A stretch of DNA of 37,788 nucleotides, taken from positions 85,495-123,282 of IMG/VR virus record IMGVR_UViG_3300020215_000050; one strand, written 5' to 3'. Origin of the DNA: a virus. Position numbers and translations under genes: made by a program. The notes beneath the pieces were generated by a model. The model saw only the letters and a list, made by a program, of their open reading frames with translations, did not search any database and was not told where the DNA came from. Of this stretch, positions 35,757 to 37,788 are shown piece after piece; within the stretch, counting starts at the first letter, position 1; each line of letters begins with the position of its first letter.

Positions 35757-36363
35757 GCTTGTACGCGTAGGCCTTCCACTCCACCCGCGTAGCAGTCTCA
35801 GTCCGCGTCCTCATCTTGATCGTGTCCAGCTGCTTCCTCTGGATCGTCGAGTCGATCATCGCCTGGAGGTTGTCCTGGATGAGGATCGCCACCCGCTCGC
35901 ACGCCCCCGCCTGGTCCTCGAGCCTCTTTTTCTCGTACTGGTCCTGCTCCGTCCTCGCCCTTAACTTGTACTCGGCCGCGAGGAGCCGGTTCCTCGTCGC
36001 GACGCTGAGGTAGTAGATCCTCATCTTCCTCGGGTTCGTGTCGATGTCCCGGAACCAGCGCTGGCTCTTTACCCTCACGAAACCCTCATACTGTCCCGGC
36101 AGCGGGACCCATATCCCGCACCTGTGGCGCTCCCGAAAGCGGACGACCTGGTTGGCGGTGACCCCCAGCCTCTGTAGGTTGTGAACGATCCAGCCAACGT
36201 ACTCAAAGGTCACAGACCGTTCCGTACGGTGGCCATCGCCATCGCGAAGAGGGGGATCCCGATCGAGAAAACCCGTATAGCGACCCTGACCCTTCGCGAG
36301 GACTCGTACCTCATCATGTACTCGAACCCCATCCCGCACAGGAACGAAAAGAACACCAGCCAT
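35638..36363 (-). CDS. Hypothetical protein (orphan)
   Basis: 241-aa ORF, helical C-half with phage-like codons. Extended -10 (TGaTATGTT, 36370-36378) lies 6 nt before the ATG. Confidence 0.6.
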   Translation of the reverse strand: MAGVLFVPVRDGVRVHDEVRVLAKGQGRYTGFLDRDPPLRDGDGHRTERSVTFEYVGWIVHNLQRLGVTANQVVRFRERHRCGIWVPLPGQYEGFVRVKSQRWFRDIDTNPRKMRIYYLSVATRNRLLAAEYKLRARTEQDQYEKKRLEDQAGACERVAILIQDNLQAMIDSTIQRKQLDTIKMRTRTETATRVEWKAYAYKLSTGERGAEEPPLAARPGKRKEAVRLRSLASRGSASGSS

Positions 36364-36389
36364 CCGCCCAACATATCACAGCCCCGTAG

Positions 36390-36422
36390 AAAAATGAAGG
36401 CGGACGTCTCCGCCCGCCCTCA
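36390..36422 (-). terminator. Intrinsic terminator
   Basis: TGAGGGCGGGCG-GAGA-CGTCCGCCTTCA-TTTTT. Confidence 0.85.
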
Positions 36423-36557
36423 CCCTGCCCGTGATCGGACATGTCGCCACCGCCGGTTTTACCCCATGTGCGGAGTGCGCCGGCCTAGGCCGGCCCCTCC
36501 CGCGGGGTCCCACGAGCCGTCGACTGGGAGGTGGGCGTCTGCACGGTGTAGCGAGTC
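36390..36557 (-). ncRNA. Putative structured small RNA B (about 167 nt)
   Basis: Bounded by a sigma70-like promoter and a terminator; multiple helices; no credible ORF inside. Confidence 0.6.
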
Positions 36558-36562
36558 GCGAT

Positions 36563-36591
36563 AGGATAACCCGGACGGGCCCGGATGTAAA
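36563..36591 (-). promoter_or_regulatory. Sigma70-type promoter TTTACA-N17-TATCCT with AT-rich UP element
   Basis: -35 at 36586-36591, -10 at 36563-36568. Confidence 0.75.
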
Positions 36592-36613
36592 CCGAAAAGT
36601 TGGAATTTTGTGT

Positions 36614-36650
36614 AAAAAAAAGGGGCCCGACGCCCAATCGCCGAACCCCT
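36614..36650 (-). terminator. Intrinsic terminator
   Basis: AGGGGTTCGGCG-ATTGGG-CGTCGGGCCCCT followed by a T run. Confidence 0.88.
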
Positions 36651-36673
36651 CTTCCAAGAGCGTACACTACGTC

Positions 36674-36690
36674 ATAGTCAAGATGGAGAA
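36674..36690. promoter_or_regulatory. Dispersed pseudo-palindrome copy ATAGTCAA-G-ATGGAGAA
   Basis: Good half-site, intergenic, between the two putative RNAs. Confidence 0.35.
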
Positions 36691-36692
36691 TC

Positions 36693-36791
36693 AAATGGGA
36701 CCCGCCCTCTCAGGCGGGCCCCACCCGCGCGGTGTTACCCGCACTTTCGGTTTGGACTGTATGCCGAAGCACCAGGACCCAATCCGACAGT
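36693..36791 (-). ncRNA. Putative structured small RNA A (about 100 nt)
   Basis: Downstream of a near-consensus promoter: C(UUCG)G-capped long hairpin, 6-bp hairpin, then an 11-bp GAGA-loop hairpin plus UUU. Confidence 0.6.
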
Positions 36792-36795
36792 CGCC

Positions 36796-36824
36796 AACTT
36801 AATAACGCTTCTGCGCGATGTCAA
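36796..36824 (-). promoter_or_regulatory. Sigma70-type promoter TTGACA-N17-TAAGTT
   Basis: Perfect -35 at 36819-36824, -10 at 36796-36801, directly after the gp32 stop. Confidence 0.8.
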
Positions 36825-36826
36825 CG

Positions 36827-37788
36827 TTAATTTTGAATCTCGCCGCGTTCTTTTGCAGCGGCCTGTGCGGCGATCTGCTTGAAGAAGTCCAGCTCGTCCC
36901 CGCCCGGGTCCTGCGTCGGCGCCGCCATGACCTGGGGCTTGGTCGTCGGGGTCACCTCGACCGGGGGCTTGGACCAGGTCGTCCGGTCGTCGTCCTCGTT
37001 CCAGGGGGCGCTCTGTTTGTCTTCCCCGTCGTCCTCCGACCCGGTCGCCTGTGTGCCGCCGTCGAGGCCGAGCACCTTGTTCAGCCTCCGCTTCAGCTCC
37101 TCGTAGCTCTTGAAGCCGCCGCGCTTTGGGTCGACGAACTCGGACAGGTCGTACCGCTGCTGGGCGATCTGCATCATCCGCTTCTCGTCCGCGAGCTGGG
37201 ACGAGGACTCAAACTCGCTCTTGTCGTAGTTCGGGAACTCGCCGACCATGTGGACCTTGAGCTTGAAGTTGCAGCCCTCGAACCAGTCGAACGGGTAGGC
37301 CGGCTTCTCGTCCGGGAACTGCGGGTTCATCTTCTCGTTGATCTTGTCGAAGATCTTCTTCCCGTAGCGGAAGAGGAAGACCTTCCCCTCGTTCTCCGGG
37401 TTCTTCGGGTCCGACACGACGTAGATGTTGCTGATGTACTTCAGCCGCCTCTTCTGCCTGCGGGCGATCTCCTTGTTCGCCTCGATGCCGCTGTCCCACA
37501 GCTTCGAGTTGAACTCAGACACCGGGTCGTCCTTGCCGATGGTGGTCAGGGACTTCTCGATGTACCAGCCGCCCGGGCCCTTGAAGCCGTGGTCGAAGAC
37601 CTTGACGAACGGGACGTCGCCCTCCTTGATCTCGGGGAGGAAGCGGATGACGGCGTAGGCGTTGCCCGCCTTGTCCCTCTGGGGGGCCCAGAACCGCTTG
37701 TCTTCTTCTCGCTGGTTGGAATTTTGCTTCTTCATCTCCTCTTTGAGGCGCTCGAGGTCAGAAGCAGAGGTGCGCCTGAGCGGCGCGA
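36827..37788 (-). CDS. gp32: Single-stranded DNA-binding protein gp32 (start outside window)
   Basis: D.RFW....DKAGNAYAVIRFLP, HGFKGPGGWYIE.SLTT.G..DPV, NIYVVSDP.NPENEGKVFLF.YGKKIFDKI, NYDKSEF. The frame stays open upstream of ATG 37735 (APLRRTSASDLERLKEE). Confidence 0.97.
   Translation of the reverse strand, partial: APLRRTSASDLERLKEEMKKQNSNQREEDKRFWAPQRDKAGNAYAVIRFLPEIKEGDVPFVKVFDHGFKGPGGWYIEKSLTTIGKDDPVSEFNSKLWDSGIEANKEIARRQKRRLKYISNIYVVSDPKNPENEGKVFLFRYGKKIFDKINEKMNPQFPDEKPAYPFDWFEGCNFKLKVHMVGEFPNYDKSEFESSSQLADEKRMMQIAQQRYDLSEFVDPKRGGFKSYEELKRRLNKVLGLDGGTQATGSEDDGEDKQSAPWNEDDDRTTWSKPPVEVTPTTKPQVMAAPTQDPGGDELDFFKQIAAQAAAKERGEIQN

Noticed and set aside
36376-36802. ORFs 36376..36657, 36431..36802, 36485..36694; also tRNA or CRISPR array
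   Set aside because: The ORFs cross terminators and promoters and lack codon bias; no cloverleaf or repeat-spacer pattern was found.
1-37788. Stop-codon reassignment, introns, inteins, homing endonucleases
   Set aside because: TAA, TAG and TGA all end tightly packed genes; conserved genes are uninterrupted and no such motifs were seen.

Overview
The window is a late-gene (virion morphogenesis) block of a large, high-GC (roughly two-thirds G+C by eye) T4-like myophage. A long minus-strand unit runs gp48, gp53, gp27-like hub, gp5, a degenerate-hydrolase protein, gp25, gp6, gp7, gp8 and a 1933-aa VrlC/DUF4815-like protein, then a cluster of tail-fibre genes with a PAAR protein. A divergent plus-strand unit runs gp4, gp2, gp54, gp26, gp51-like and a tape-measure-like gene. 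The window ends with an orphan gene, a structured intergenic region and gp32 (5'-truncated). T4-type late promoter cores (NNTAAATA) are dispersed through the block. An alphaproteobacterial host is a tentative inference. All protein family calls come from motif recognition and synteny, not database searches. The most notable observations are: (1) a UUUUUUA slippery site with a downstream stem-loop that would fuse gp26 to a start-less gp51-like frame just before the tape-measure gene, resembling the lambda G/GT frameshift; (2) a dispersed 17-bp AT-rich pseudo-palindrome (TTyTyCAT-N-ATGrArnA) written into coding sequence with rare codons, about 9 copies; (3) two promoter/terminator-bounded putative small RNAs with the same helix architecture downstream of gp32; (4) a gp5 spike with three different peptidoglycan hydrolase domains; (5) strong N-x-S/T sequon enrichment in fibre and baseplate proteins.
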